64,000 bases of DNA, taken from assembly GCA_963697675.1 (NCBI GenBank), contig CAVOOW010000011.1, positions 9,675 to 73,674 on the forward strand. Direction: 5' to 3'. This document shows positions 41,678-51,909 of this stretch, piece after piece. The first letter of the stretch is position 1. Every line of letters starts with the position of its first letter. Both the position numbers and the translations under genes were made by a program. Below the pieces are notes generated by a model that had not been told where the DNA came from, did no database searches, and worked only from the letters and a program-made list of their open reading frames with translations. The stretch comes from an uncultured Actinomycetota bacterium (GTDB lineage Bacteria > Actinomycetota > Actinomycetes > JACCUZ01).

Positions 41678-44600
41678 TCAGCGGGCGCCCTGCGCGCACA
41701 GTGTCAGGACGTCCATGGTGTCGGGCAGCTGGGGCCGGCCGGTGAGGTAGCCCTGCAGATGCACGCCCGAAGGCAGTGCTGCGCGCTGCTCCTCGGTCTC
41801 CACGCCTTCGACGATGCAGGTCAGATCCATGTCGGCGGCGAGGGCGGCGACGGCCTTGACGATCTTGCGGCTGGTCTCGTCGTGGGGCAGCCCGGCGGTG
41901 AACGAGCGGTCGATCTTGACGGCTGATACGGGAAGGGTGGCGAGATAGCGCAGGCTGGCATAGCCGATGCCGAAGTCGTCGATGGCGATGCCGACGCCTT
42001 CCGCCCGCAGGGCTCGCAGCGCGCTGATCGTGGAGTTGGCGACCTGCAGCAGTGCCGTCTCGGTCAGTTCGAGTACGAGGTCGGTCGGGTCGAGCCCGGC
42101 GGTTGCCAGTGCGGTGCGGACGTCCTCGGCGAGGGAGGCGTGCTGGGCCTGCAGCGCGGAGATGTTCACGGCCATGGTGACGTCCTCGAGCCCGGGTATC
42201 TCCGCCCGCCAGGCCTGCAGCTGGCCGCAGGCGAGGCCGAGCATCGCGCGTCCGAGCGGATGGATGATGCCGGTCGCCTCGGCGATGGGGATGAAGACGT
42301 CCGGCGCGATGTTCAACCCGTTGCCGTCGATGAGACGGGCCAGGGCCTCGAAGCCCGTCAACGCGCCGGTCCCCGAGTCGAACACCGGCTGGTAGGCGGC
42401 GGTGAACGTCGGGGCGCTCTTGCCCGCTGTGCTTGCAGCGGGATGTGTGAGCTGGCGCAGCGCCTGCCGGAGCAGCTGTTCGACCCGGACGCGTTCGGCC
42501 ACATCGGTGTGCAGGCCGTGCTCGAAGACCTCGAACCGGTCCCTGCCTCGTCCTTTGGCCAGGTACATGGCGGTGTCGGCATCTTGCAGCACCTGTTCGG
42601 CGGTGACCGTCCCCGCAGGCCCGCCGGGTCCGAGGGTGGCATAGGTGATGCCGATGCTGGCGCTGACGACGTGGTTCACGCCCTTGACCGTGACCGGTTG
42701 CTGCAGTGTCGCCGCCACGCGCTGGGCCACCTGCACCGCGAGCAGCCGGTCGGCCGCGAACTCCTCCTCGGGACTGTTCCCGTGTGCGGGCGCATCGGGG
42801 CGGTTCCACGGTTCCACGATGATGACGAACTCGTCGCCGCCGACGCGGGCAACGGTGTCATGTTCGCGGACCACCTCGTGGAACCGTTGGGCGATCTCCA
42901 GCAGCAGTGCGTCGCCGGCGGCGTGACCGGCAATGTCGTTGACGCGCTTGAAGCCGTCCAGGTCGCAGAACAGCACCGCAACCTCTCGTCCGTCGCGCGC
43001 CGAGCGGGCGAGAGCGGCGTCGAGCCGGTCGATCAGCAACGCCCTGTTCGGCAGCCCGGTGAGCCCGTCGTGCAGGGCCGCGTGGGTGAGTCGCTGCTCG
43101 GACTCGATCACGTCGCTGATGTCGCGCACGACGCCGAGGACCTCGATGACGGCGCCGGCGGCGTTCCGGCGGAACGGGGTGATGCGTCGGCTCAACCAGT
43201 GCCAGTGCCCGTCGACATGCTGGCCCCGGTAGTGCAGCTGCAGCACCTGGCCGTCCTCGAGATCGGCTGCCGCGGTGTTGATCGCGTCCAGCCGCGGCTG
43301 GTCTTCGGGGTGGACCAGCCGGGCTGTCGCCTCGGGTCCGAGCGCCTGGAGCTGGTCGGCATGCATGCCGAGCAGATCCTTGTCGCGCGAGGTATAGACC
43401 GACGCGCCGCTGACCAGGTCGTACACGAAAGTGAAGTCGGGGCTGGCGGCCAGGACCGCATCGAAGAACGCGTTGGCACGCTGCGCGGCTTTCTCCGCGA
43501 GAGTCAGGTCGGTGATGTCGAGGTGGGTGCCCCGGACCCGCAGCGGCTGGTCGTCGGGACCGAGGTCGACCTCGAGGGTCGCCCGGAGCACCCGCTCGGC
43601 GCCGTCGCCGGCCCGGTGGATGCGGAACTCCTGGATGTGCCGGCCGCCGAGGCGCATGGCGTCCGCCCACGACTCGTCGGCAACGCCCGTGTCTGCTTCG
43701 TGGATCAGGCCCGCGAAGACCTCGCTGGAGAACCCACCGTGCTCGACGCCCCACAGCTCGTACATCTGGCCCGAGTAGACCCACGTACCGGAACCGAAGT
43801 CGCACTCGAAGCCGCCCATCTGCCCGAGTCGCTGAGCCTCGGTCAACCGGCGGCGTTCGGTCTCCAGCTCCGCCTGGATGGCGACCCGATCAGTGATGTC
43901 GTGGACGAAGGCGCTGAAGCCGTCGCCGTCGTCGTGCGCCCACACTCCGACCTCGAGGGGGATCTGGTGGCCGTCACGATGCAGCGCGGTCAGCTCCACG
44001 CGTTTTCCCACCAGCTTCGAGCCCTGACCCGCTCGATACCCGGCAAGGTCGTCCGTGTACTCCTGGCGGACCTCGGCCGGCAGCACCGTCTCCATCGCGT
44101 TCCGGCCCATCACCTCGGGCGCCGCCCAGCCGTAGATCTGCTCTGCCTGGGTGTTCCACCGGGTGATCGCGCCTGTGCCGTCGATGGAGACGAACCCCTC
44201 GTCCGTCGATTCCAGCACCTTCGCCAGTTCCCGGTCGCGTTTCTGGACCAGACGTTCGGAGTCGCGCCTGCGGCGGTCCGAGCGGACCATCACCCCGACA
44301 CCCGCGAGGAGGATGAGCACCAGAAAGGCCGTGATGGTGAGGACCGTCGTGCGCAGTCGGGCCAACCCGGCGAAGGCGATGTCCTTGTCCTTCGAGGCGA
44401 CCACGGTCCAACCCGTGCCGGGAACCGGTGCGTAGGCCGACAACTCGACGGATCCGCTGCGCCCATCGACGGACGCCGGCGAGTAGTCCATCAGCCCGGT
44501 GCGCCCGGCGAGGGCGGCTCGGACGCGAGGATCGTGCGCGACAGAGACGAGCCCGTTCTTGTTGCCACTGGATGTCAGCGAGGTGCCGAGCCTGTCGGTG

Positions 44601-45208
44601 ACGAGCAGACTGATGCCCTGTGCCCCGCCGACGTCCCCCGCGAACGAGCGGATGGACGTGAGGCTGTAGTTGACGCCGAGGACACCGACTGGACGGCCTT
44701 GCGTGTCTCTCACGTGGTCGGTGATCGTCACCGCCAAGGTATGGCTGTCTTCCGCGGTCTCGATCGCATTCGAGACATACGGACGTCCGGACGCAACGAG
44801 GCCCGTGAACCACTCCCGGTAGGCGAAGTTCTTTCCTATCGCACCTGGGAAGCGGGGATAGGTGTCGAGCGACGTGCCATGCACGTCTGCCACGAAGGAA
44901 GCCGAGATCCCGGGAAAGGCTCCCACGAGGCTCTGCAGGGCCAGGTCGATGGTTGTCTCGCTGCCCGGACCGCCGGACATCGCATTGACCAGGGACGGAC
45001 GGGTGGCGTAGCTGTGCACCAGTGCCACCAGACCGTCTGTCTGCTGGCTGATGACCTCTGCGCTGACGGCGGCGGTGGTCTGGACCTGGCTGTCGACGAC
45101 GTTCGTCACCTGACGGGACGCGAGCACGATGCTGCTGGCCGCGAGGATGGCGACCGGCACCAACGCGACCACGCACAAAACCGCGCTGCGTTGTGCGGAA
45201 GCCGACAT
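41678..45208 (-). CDS. Cache/PAS sensor diguanylate cyclase-phosphodiesterase (GGDEF-EAL)
   Basis: 2 TMs flanking a Cache-like domain, three PAS domains, REHD I-site + GGDEF, FEALAR, DDFGIG. Confidence 0.92.
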   Translation of the reverse strand: MSASAQRSAVLCVVALVPVAILAASSIVLASRQVTNVVDSQVQTTAAVSAEVISQQTDGLVALVHSYATRPSLVNAMSGGPGSETTIDLALQSLVGAFPGISASFVADVHGTSLDTYPRFPGAIGKNFAYREWFTGLVASGRPYVSNAIETAEDSHTLAVTITDHVRDTQGRPVGVLGVNYSLTSIRSFAGDVGGAQGISLLVTDRLGTSLTSSGNKNGLVSVAHDPRVRAALAGRTGLMDYSPASVDGRSGSVELSAYAPVPGTGWTVVASKDKDIAFAGLARLRTTVLTITAFLVLILLAGVGVMVRSDRRRRDSERLVQKRDRELAKVLESTDEGFVSIDGTGAITRWNTQAEQIYGWAAPEVMGRNAMETVLPAEVRQEYTDDLAGYRAGQGSKLVGKRVELTALHRDGHQIPLEVGVWAHDDGDGFSAFVHDITDRVAIQAELETERRRLTEAQRLGQMGGFECDFGSGTWVYSGQMYELWGVEHGGFSSEVFAGLIHEADTGVADESWADAMRLGGRHIQEFRIHRAGDGAERVLRATLEVDLGPDDQPLRVRGTHLDITDLTLAEKAAQRANAFFDAVLAASPDFTFVYDLVSGASVYTSRDKDLLGMHADQLQALGPEATARLVHPEDQPRLDAINTAAADLEDGQVLQLHYRGQHVDGHWHWLSRRITPFRRNAAGAVIEVLGVVRDISDVIESEQRLTHAALHDGLTGLPNRALLIDRLDAALARSARDGREVAVLFCDLDGFKRVNDIAGHAAGDALLLEIAQRFHEVVREHDTVARVGGDEFVIIVEPWNRPDAPAHGNSPEEEFAADRLLAVQVAQRVAATLQQPVTVKGVNHVVSASIGITYATLGPGGPAGTVTAEQVLQDADTAMYLAKGRGRDRFEVFEHGLHTDVAERVRVEQLLRQALRQLTHPAASTAGKSAPTFTAAYQPVFDSGTGALTGFEALARLIDGNGLNIAPDVFIPIAEATGIIHPLGRAMLGLACGQLQAWRAEIPGLEDVTMAVNISALQAQHASLAEDVRTALATAGLDPTDLVLELTETALLQVANSTISALRALRAEGVGIAIDDFGIGYASLRYLATLPVSAVKIDRSFTAGLPHDETSRKIVKAVAALAADMDLTCIVEGVETEEQRAALPSGVHLQGYLTGRPQLPDTMDVLTLCAQGAR

Positions 45209-45500
45209 CAGCCTCACTGGTTCAACGCCTCTTTCGGATCGTGCGAAATCGCCCTTTCGGGATGATTGATCCTTAATCGGCAGACATCGCCCCCTCCTTG
45301 ACCCGCAACCGCGGCAGCACCGCGGGACCGGGACGGGGCCGATCGTCGTTCCTCACCCCTGTGGGCGTACGGCGGCGACAGCGCGCAGGGTGGTCTGTCG
45401 ATTTCTGCTGGGTCGTTCGTCGTAGGTGTGTCGGCCGGTGCTTCGGGTCGGCGGCCGCGAACCGCGGAGCCCCAATCCCTCAAGACAAGGACAAACTGTC

Positions 45501-45851
45501 ATGGCACATCCGGTGATCCACGCTGAGATCCGTTCCGCCGACCCCGACGCGACGCGCAAGTTCTTCGGTGACCTGTTCGGCTGGAAGGTTGCCTCGGAAG
45601 GCGCCTTCCCGGGCTACACCTTCATCGACACGGGCGTCGAGGGTGGCACCTACGTCGCGATCAGCCCCCGGCAGAGCGCCGAGGACGAGGTGTTGTTCTT
45701 CGTCGGTGTCGAGGACGTCGCCGCCACACTGACCCGGGCCGAGGAGCTCGGCGGGACGATCGTTCAGCCCGTGCAGCAGGTCCCCGGGACAAGCTTCGGC
45801 GTCTTCGCCGACGCCCAGGGGCACATGGTCGGCGTCGCCGCCAACGGGTAA
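45501..45851 (+). CDS. VOC/glyoxalase family protein
   Basis: MAHPVIHAEIRSADPDATRKFFGDLFGW..AEELGG..FADAQG. Confidence 0.88.
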   Translation: MAHPVIHAEIRSADPDATRKFFGDLFGWKVASEGAFPGYTFIDTGVEGGTYVAISPRQSAEDEVLFFVGVEDVAATLTRAEELGGTIVQPVQQVPGTSFGVFADAQGHMVGVAANG

Positions 45852-45873
45852 CCGGGTCGGGTGGGGAAGCGTC

Positions 45874-47577
45874 TCAGGACAGGCCGACGACGTTCCCGTC
45901 CTCGTCGATGTCGATCCGTTCGGCGGCCGGGTGCCTCGGCAGTCCCGGCATGGTCCGCATCTCGCCGCTGATGGCGTAGACGTAGCCGGCACCGGCAGCA
46001 GCCCGGACCTCCCGGACCGGCATCCGCCAGCCGGTCGGGGCACCCAGCAGAGTCGGGTCCGATGACAGCGACAGGTGGGTCTTGGCGATGACGACGGGGA
46101 ACTCTCCGTACCCCAACCGCTCGAACCGTTGCAGCTGCGCTGCCACCGACGGCGAGAGGTCGATGCCGTCGGCGCCGTAAATCTCCCGCGCCACCAGCTC
46201 GATCTTCTCGACCAGGGGCGTGTCCAGCTCGTAGAGGTAGCGGAACGACGTCGGCTCCTGCGCCGCGTCGACGACGAGCGCCGCCAGGTCCAGTGCCCCC
46301 TTCCCGCCGTCGGTCACGTGCCGGCTGACGGCGACCCGGGCACCAGCGTCGTCGGCGAGCTCCCTGATGACCTCGTGCTCGGATTCGTGGTCGCCGGGGA
46401 AGGCGTTGATGGCAACCACGGGCGACACGCCGAAACGGCGCACGATCTCTATGTGGCGAGCCAGGTTCGGACCACCCAGGCGTACGTCGTCGGGGTTCTC
46501 CTCGAGCATCTCCGGAGGCATTGGGCGGCCGGCGACGACGTGGTAGCGACCGGAGTGTGCCTTCAGCGCGCGCACGGTGACGACGAGAACAGCGGCGTCC
46601 GGTCGCAGCCCCGACGCCCGGCACTTCACGTCGAAGAACCGCTCGGCCCCCATGTCCGCACCGAACCCGGCTTCGGTGAGGAGGAAGTCCGCCGTGTGGA
46701 TCCCCAGCAGGTCCGCGACGACCGAGGAGTTGCCGGTGGCGATGTTGCCGAAGGGACCTGCGTGGATGAGCGCCGGCGTGTTCTCCAACGTCTGCAACAG
46801 GTTTGGCTTGATGGCCTCGCGCAGCATGACCGTCATCGCTCCCGCGGCCTTGAGGTCCTCCGCGGTGACAGGATCGCCTGCGTACGTGAAGCCCACCACG
46901 ATGCGACCGAGGCGCTCGCGCATGTCTCGCAGCGAGGACGCCAGTGACAGGATCACCATCACCTCACTCGCGGCGGTGATGTCGAACCCCGCCTGCCGAG
47001 GCACACCGTCCATCCGCGCGCCGAGGCCCACGACGACGTTGCGCAGGGAGCGGTCGTTGACGTCCAGCACGCGGCGCCACGCGATGGTACGGGCGTCGAT
47101 GCCGAGCTCGTTGCCGTGGTGGAGATGGTTGTCGACCATCGCAGTGAGCAGGTTGTGCGCCGACGTGACCGCGTGGAAGTCGCCGGTCAGGTGCAGGTTC
47201 ACCGCCTCCATCGGCACGACCTGGCTGTATCCCGCTCCCGCTGCCCCGCCCTTGATGCCGAACGTCGGCCCCAGCGACGGCTGCCGCAACGAGAGCATCG
47301 ACCGGTGACCGAGCAGCGACAGGCCCTGGGCGAGACCGATCGAGGTGGTGGTCTTACCTTCCCCGAGCGGTGTGGGCGTCATCGCCGTGATGACGACGTA
47401 CTTCGCGGGCGGCCGATCGGACACCGCGGGCAGTGCGGTCGGCGCCACCTTGGCGATGTACCTGCCGTACGACTCGAGGTGCTCTGCCGCGATCCCGGCG
47501 GAGGCCGCGACCGTCTCGATGGGCAGGAGCTCGGCGGCCCGGCCGATCTCCAGGTCGGTGGGGGAGGGGTCTGTCAC
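45874..47577 (-). CDS. fhs: Formate--tetrahydrofolate ligase
   Basis: TPTPLGEGKTT, FGIKGGAAGAGYSQV, NLHLTGDFHA, HAGPFGNIA, TEAGFGADMGAERF, MRTMPGLP. Confidence 0.95.
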   Translation of the reverse strand: MTDPSPTDLEIGRAAELLPIETVAASAGIAAEHLESYGRYIAKVAPTALPAVSDRPPAKYVVITAMTPTPLGEGKTTTSIGLAQGLSLLGHRSMLSLRQPSLGPTFGIKGGAAGAGYSQVVPMEAVNLHLTGDFHAVTSAHNLLTAMVDNHLHHGNELGIDARTIAWRRVLDVNDRSLRNVVVGLGARMDGVPRQAGFDITAASEVMVILSLASSLRDMRERLGRIVVGFTYAGDPVTAEDLKAAGAMTVMLREAIKPNLLQTLENTPALIHAGPFGNIATGNSSVVADLLGIHTADFLLTEAGFGADMGAERFFDVKCRASGLRPDAAVLVVTVRALKAHSGRYHVVAGRPMPPEMLEENPDDVRLGGPNLARHIEIVRRFGVSPVVAINAFPGDHESEHEVIRELADDAGARVAVSRHVTDGGKGALDLAALVVDAAQEPTSFRYLYELDTPLVEKIELVAREIYGADGIDLSPSVAAQLQRFERLGYGEFPVVIAKTHLSLSSDPTLLGAPTGWRMPVREVRAAAGAGYVYAISGEMRTMPGLPRHPAAERIDIDEDGNVVGLS

Positions 47578-47697
47578 GCGCACAGCATGCCAGTCGGCAT
47601 CCACGTCATTCTCCAGCTTCCGGAAAGGTGCCTTTGTCGCGCTGCGCGTGGTTTTTCGTTCTGATTGATGTCAGACGGCGTGTCTAGACTCCCGAAA

Positions 47698-48358
47698 ATG
47701 AGCCTGCGCTTCGCCGACACGTTGGACCGCACAGCCGTCCTCCACGCCGCAGACCTGGTCGCCGACCTCGTCGGTCACCCTGCGATCGCCGCGGCTTGGA
47801 CGCGCGAGTCGAGTTGCGCGGGCATGAGCGTCGGCGGGCTGACCCGACACTTGGTGAGTCAACCGGTCAACGTGGTCACCCTGTTGCGCGCCGACCGCTC
47901 CGAGGGTGCAGACGCGGAGACGATCGACCTGCTGGAGCACTACTCACGGGCGTCCTGGGTGCGCGAGGACCTTGACGGCGAATCCAATCGGTCCATCCGC
48001 GACACAGCGGACCAGCAGGCGACCGATGGGCCGGACGTCGCCGCGGCCTTGCTGTCGCAGGCTCGCGCCGAGCTGAAGGCGGTCCTGGCCGACGCGCCCC
48101 CGACGACCTACGTACCCTGGCAAGGTTGGTCGCTGGCCACCGACGACTTCCTCGTCACGCGCTTGATGGAGATGGTCGTCCACGCCGACGATCTCGCGGC
48201 GAGCGTCGACGTGCCCTGCTCCTGACTTCGGGCCCACCGTGCTCGACCCCGTGTTCCGGCTGCTCACCGCCCTTGCGGTGAAACGGCACGGCCAGGACGC
48301 GCTGGTGCGCACCCTGACCCGACCGCAGCGTGCACCGAGCTCGGTCTCGGCCTTCTAG
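47698..48358 (+). CDS. Mycothiol-dependent maleylpyruvate isomerase N-terminal (DinB-like) protein (frameshift near 48220)
   Basis: AWTRESSCAGMSVGGLTRHL, FLVTRLMEMVVHADDLAASV; TAGACT 7 nt before the ATG. Confidence 0.8.
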
Positions 48359-48399
48359 ACACGTCGGACGAAGGACACGCCGGGCGAGAAGCGTGCGGG

Positions 48400-49290
48400 T
48401 TACTTGCTGAAGCCGGCGGTGAGTCCGCTGAGGAGCTGGCGGCGGCCGATCGCGTAGAGGATGAGGATCGGCAGGGTGGTCAGGACGACCGAGGCGAGGA
48501 TGGCGGGGACGTTGATGCCGTACTGGCCCTGGAACGTCCACAGTGCGAGCGGCAGCGTTCGCTGACTGGGGCTCTGGGTGAGGATCAGTGGGAGCAGGAA
48601 GCCGTTCCATACGGCGAGGCCGTTGTAGATGCTCACGGTGACCAGCGCCGGTCGGGTCAGTGGGAACGCGAGGTTCCACAACGTGGCCCATTCGCTGGCG
48701 CCGTCGACGCGCATCGACTCGAAGAGCTCCTTGGGGACGTCGCGGATGAAGTTGGTGAGCACGAGTACCGACAGCGGGATGGCGAACGCGATCGAGGGGA
48801 GGATGATCGCGAGCAGGCTGTCGTAGAGCTTGAGCTTGATGATGATCAGGTAGACCGGGATGATCGTGGCCTGCAGCGGGATCGCCAGGCCCATCAGGAA
48901 CATCCCGTTGACTCCGGTCAGGAACCAGCTGTTGCCGCGGACGATGGCGAAGGCAGCCATGAAGGAGATCACCACGGCCGGGATGATCGTCCCCGCGGTG
49001 ACGATGGCGCTGTTGATGAAGTACTGGATGAAGTCGTTCTCGATGACGAGCTGGTAGTTGTCCAGGGTCGGGGAGCCTGGGGGCTGGAGCGGGTTGGTCG
49101 CGTAGTAGTTGGCCTGTGTCTTGAAGCTGGTGATGACGATCCAGTAGATCGGCACCATCACGATCAGCAGCCAGATCCAACCAGCCGTGCCGCCCAACCA
49201 GTTGCGCCCGCTGCCACCGGGGTGCCGGTGCGCGCTCGTGGGTCGGACCCCGGGCGTCTGGTCGATCTTGGTGCTCACTGTGGTTGCCAC
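48400..49290 (-). CDS. Carbohydrate ABC transporter permease
   Basis: ELFESMRVDGAS (EAA loop), WNGFLLPL, GLTAGFSK. Confidence 0.92.
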   Translation of the reverse strand: MATTVSTKIDQTPGVRPTSAHRHPGGSGRNWLGGTAGWIWLLIVMVPIYWIVITSFKTQANYYATNPLQPPGSPTLDNYQLVIENDFIQYFINSAIVTAGTIIPAVVISFMAAFAIVRGNSWFLTGVNGMFLMGLAIPLQATIIPVYLIIIKLKLYDSLLAIILPSIAFAIPLSVLVLTNFIRDVPKELFESMRVDGASEWATLWNLAFPLTRPALVTVSIYNGLAVWNGFLLPLILTQSPSQRTLPLALWTFQGQYGINVPAILASVVLTTLPILILYAIGRRQLLSGLTAGFSK

Positions 49291-49291
49291 G

Positions 49292-50223
49292 TCAGGCGCC
49301 TTCCATCTGGCTGTCGGCGAGTCCGCCGCCGCCGATCCTGCGCAGCAGCAGGGCCAGGGCGAGGCCGACAAACACGAGGATGAACGCGATCGCGCTGGCC
49401 GGGCCCATCAGGTTGGCCTGGAACCCGGTCTTGTACATGTCCAGCGCGAGTGTCCGGGTGGCGTCCCCCGGGCCGCCGGCGGTCAGCACGAAGATGATGT
49501 CGAAGAACGTCAGCGACCCGACCAGCATCAGCGTCGAGGAGGCGACGATCGTGTACTTGAGCTGAGGCAGGGTGATGCTCCAGAACTGCCGGACGCGTCC
49601 GGCGCCGTCGATCTCCGCCGCCTCATACATCGATCGCGGGAGCTGCCGCACAGCGCCCTGGTAGATCAGCGAGTGGAAGGGGATGAACTGCCAGGACACG
49701 ATGAAGACGACCACCCCGAGGGCGAGCTTGTCCTTGCCGAGCCAGTCCTGGTTGAGGAAGTCGAGGTGCAGCCCGGTTCCCAGGCCGAAGTTGGGGTCGA
49801 GCAGGGCTTTGAAGGCGACGGCGATCGCCGCCGAGCTCAGCAGTACGGGGATGAAGTACAGGACGGCGAGTACCCCGCGATAGCGCTCGTGACTGGCCAG
49901 GAAGACCCCGAGGAGGATGCTTATCGGGGTCTGGACCGCCCAGGACAGGATCATGATCTCGAAGGTCACCTTGAGCGCGTGCGGAAGGCCCGGATTGTTC
50001 AGCGTGGTGCGCCAGCTGTCCAGACCGGCCCAGTGGATGTCGCCGATCCCGTCCCACTGGGTGAAGCTCAGGGCCAGCACGCCGATCAGCGGGATCACGC
50101 CGAACGCGATGAAGAAGAACACCGCCGGCAGCGCCATCCACGTGACCGAGCCGGTCCCACCGGTCTTCTTCGTGACGCCGGTGCGGCAGGAGCGGGCAGC
50201 GTGGCCGGCGCCACGGTGGTCAC
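49292..50223 (-). CDS. Carbohydrate ABC transporter permease
   Basis: MYEAAEIDGAG, LTAGGPGDATRTL; short 5' frameshift. Confidence 0.9.
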
Positions 50224-51562
50224 GTGCCGATGACCTTGTTCATGTTGTCGGCGTACTGCTGGGGCGAGATGGACAGCTGGAACAGCTTGGCGATGTTGTC
50301 CAGCAGCACCTCGGCGGCCGTGGGGCTCAAGCGCCTGGTCCCAGGACTGGGCGAAGGTCTTGGCGCCGCTGGCGACCCCGTAGACGAACTTGAGCCAGTC
50401 TTCGTCCTTCTGGCCGGTGAGCAGGCTGTCGCTGCCGTTGACGATGGGGATCGCACCAGCCGCCACCCATTCCTTCGACTCGGCGTCAGACGACACCGCG
50501 GTCTTGAAGAAGTTCTTGGCGACGTCCTTCTCGGCGGCGGTGGCCTTCGACGAGATCGAGTAGTACTGGCCCGGGTTGCCGACGGTGTTGCTGGGGTCAC
50601 CCGTGCCACCTGCGACCGGCGGGAAGTTGCTGTAGCCGAGGTGGCCACCACTGACGAAGTCGCCGCCGTCGTTGGACATGCTGCCGTAGGTCCAGGTGCC
50701 GTGCAGCATCATCGCGGCCTTGCCGGTGAACAGCAGCGCCTGGTCGGCGTTGGAGTCCGCGGTGATCGAGGAGAAGCCCTTGATGAACCCGCCGGCCTTG
50801 ATCAGCTTCTGGATCTCGGTCAGCGCCTTGATCGACGCCGGGTTCGACCAGGCGTCCTTCTCGCCGTCGAAGACGGCCTGGAAGACCTCGGGGCCGCCGA
50901 TGCGGTCGAACAGGAACTCCAGCCACATCATGTTGGTCCAGCGCGACTGGCCGCCGAGGGAGAAGGGCGCGATGCCCGCCTTGTTGAACTTCGGCACCAA
51001 GGCCATCGATGTCTTCCCACGTCTGCGGGATGTCTGCCTTGATCTTCTCGAAGTTGGTCTTGTTGTAGAACATCACGATCGGCTGGACCGTCTCGGTCGG
51101 CAGCGCGTAGATCTTCCCGTCGACCGTCGCCGCCCCGAACGACCCGGGGAACAGGCGGTCCTTGACCGCCGCGTTCTCCCCGAACCAGCCGGTGAGGTCC
51201 TCGACCTGATTGGCGTCGACGTAGCTCTTCAGCCCGCCACCGCCCCAGCCCCAGATGATCGTCGGTCCCTGGCCGGCGCCGATGGCAGTCTTGATCTTCG
51301 TCTTGTAGGCGTCGTTCTGGAACGTCGTCCCCTTGATCTGGGTCTTGGGGTTCGCATCGTTGAACCGCTTGACGGTGTTGGTGCGAATGCCCTCACCCGG
51401 AGCACCGGTGAGGTACCAGTAGGTGGCGCCGCCCTTGGCTGAGCCACCGGTGCTTCCGCTGCCGCTCGACTTGGGTCCGGAGGTGCCGCCGCAAGCCGCG
51501 AGGCCAGCTGCGGCGCCGGCGCCCGCTGCGATGCGGAGGAAGGTCCGCCGGGAAGTCGTCAT
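50220..51562 (-). CDS. Sugar-binding lipoprotein (xylo-oligosaccharide BxlE-like; frameshifted)
   Basis: Tat-lipoprotein signal SRRTFL..LAAC; FQNDAYKTKIKTAIGAG, RWTNMMWLEFLFDRIGG, FAQSWDQAL. Confidence 0.88.
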
Positions 51563-51723
51563 GGGATCCACGCTGATCTCCGTACTCGAGGGCCGTGGTC
51601 ACGCCGCGGCGAAGGTGAACAATTGATGATCGCCGGCCCAGGCCCAGCACGCTGACACCTACGCCCACCGCCCACATGGACCGGACGGATTGTCCGGAGG
51701 TAGGCCGCAATCTGCACCGTAGG

Positions 51724-51873
51724 TTTCGGAGTTCGAAGGTGTCAAGAGTCTTGAAGTTTTCGGAGTGTCACGTAAGAGTTACGCCGTAGAAGTCGTGCAA
51801 TACACGACTTCCGAGCGCCCGAAGCCTCGAAAAGATAACGACATGATCTCGGACAATCATCGAAACTTTTCGA
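51724..51873. promoter_or_regulatory. CGAA-Nx-TTCG operator boxes (BxlR-type)
   Basis: TCGAAACTTTTCGA at 51860 plus degenerate TGAAGTTTTCGGA and TTTCGGAGTTCGAA copies between the divergent genes. Confidence 0.65.
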
Positions 51874-51909
51874 GGTCGCTCAACCATGTCGATGAACGGA
51901 GAGCAGCTG

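Noticed and set aside
42140..45265. 1041-aa plus-strand ORF (and similar long antisense ORFs elsewhere)
   Set aside because: Shadow of the GGDEF-EAL gene with no motifs
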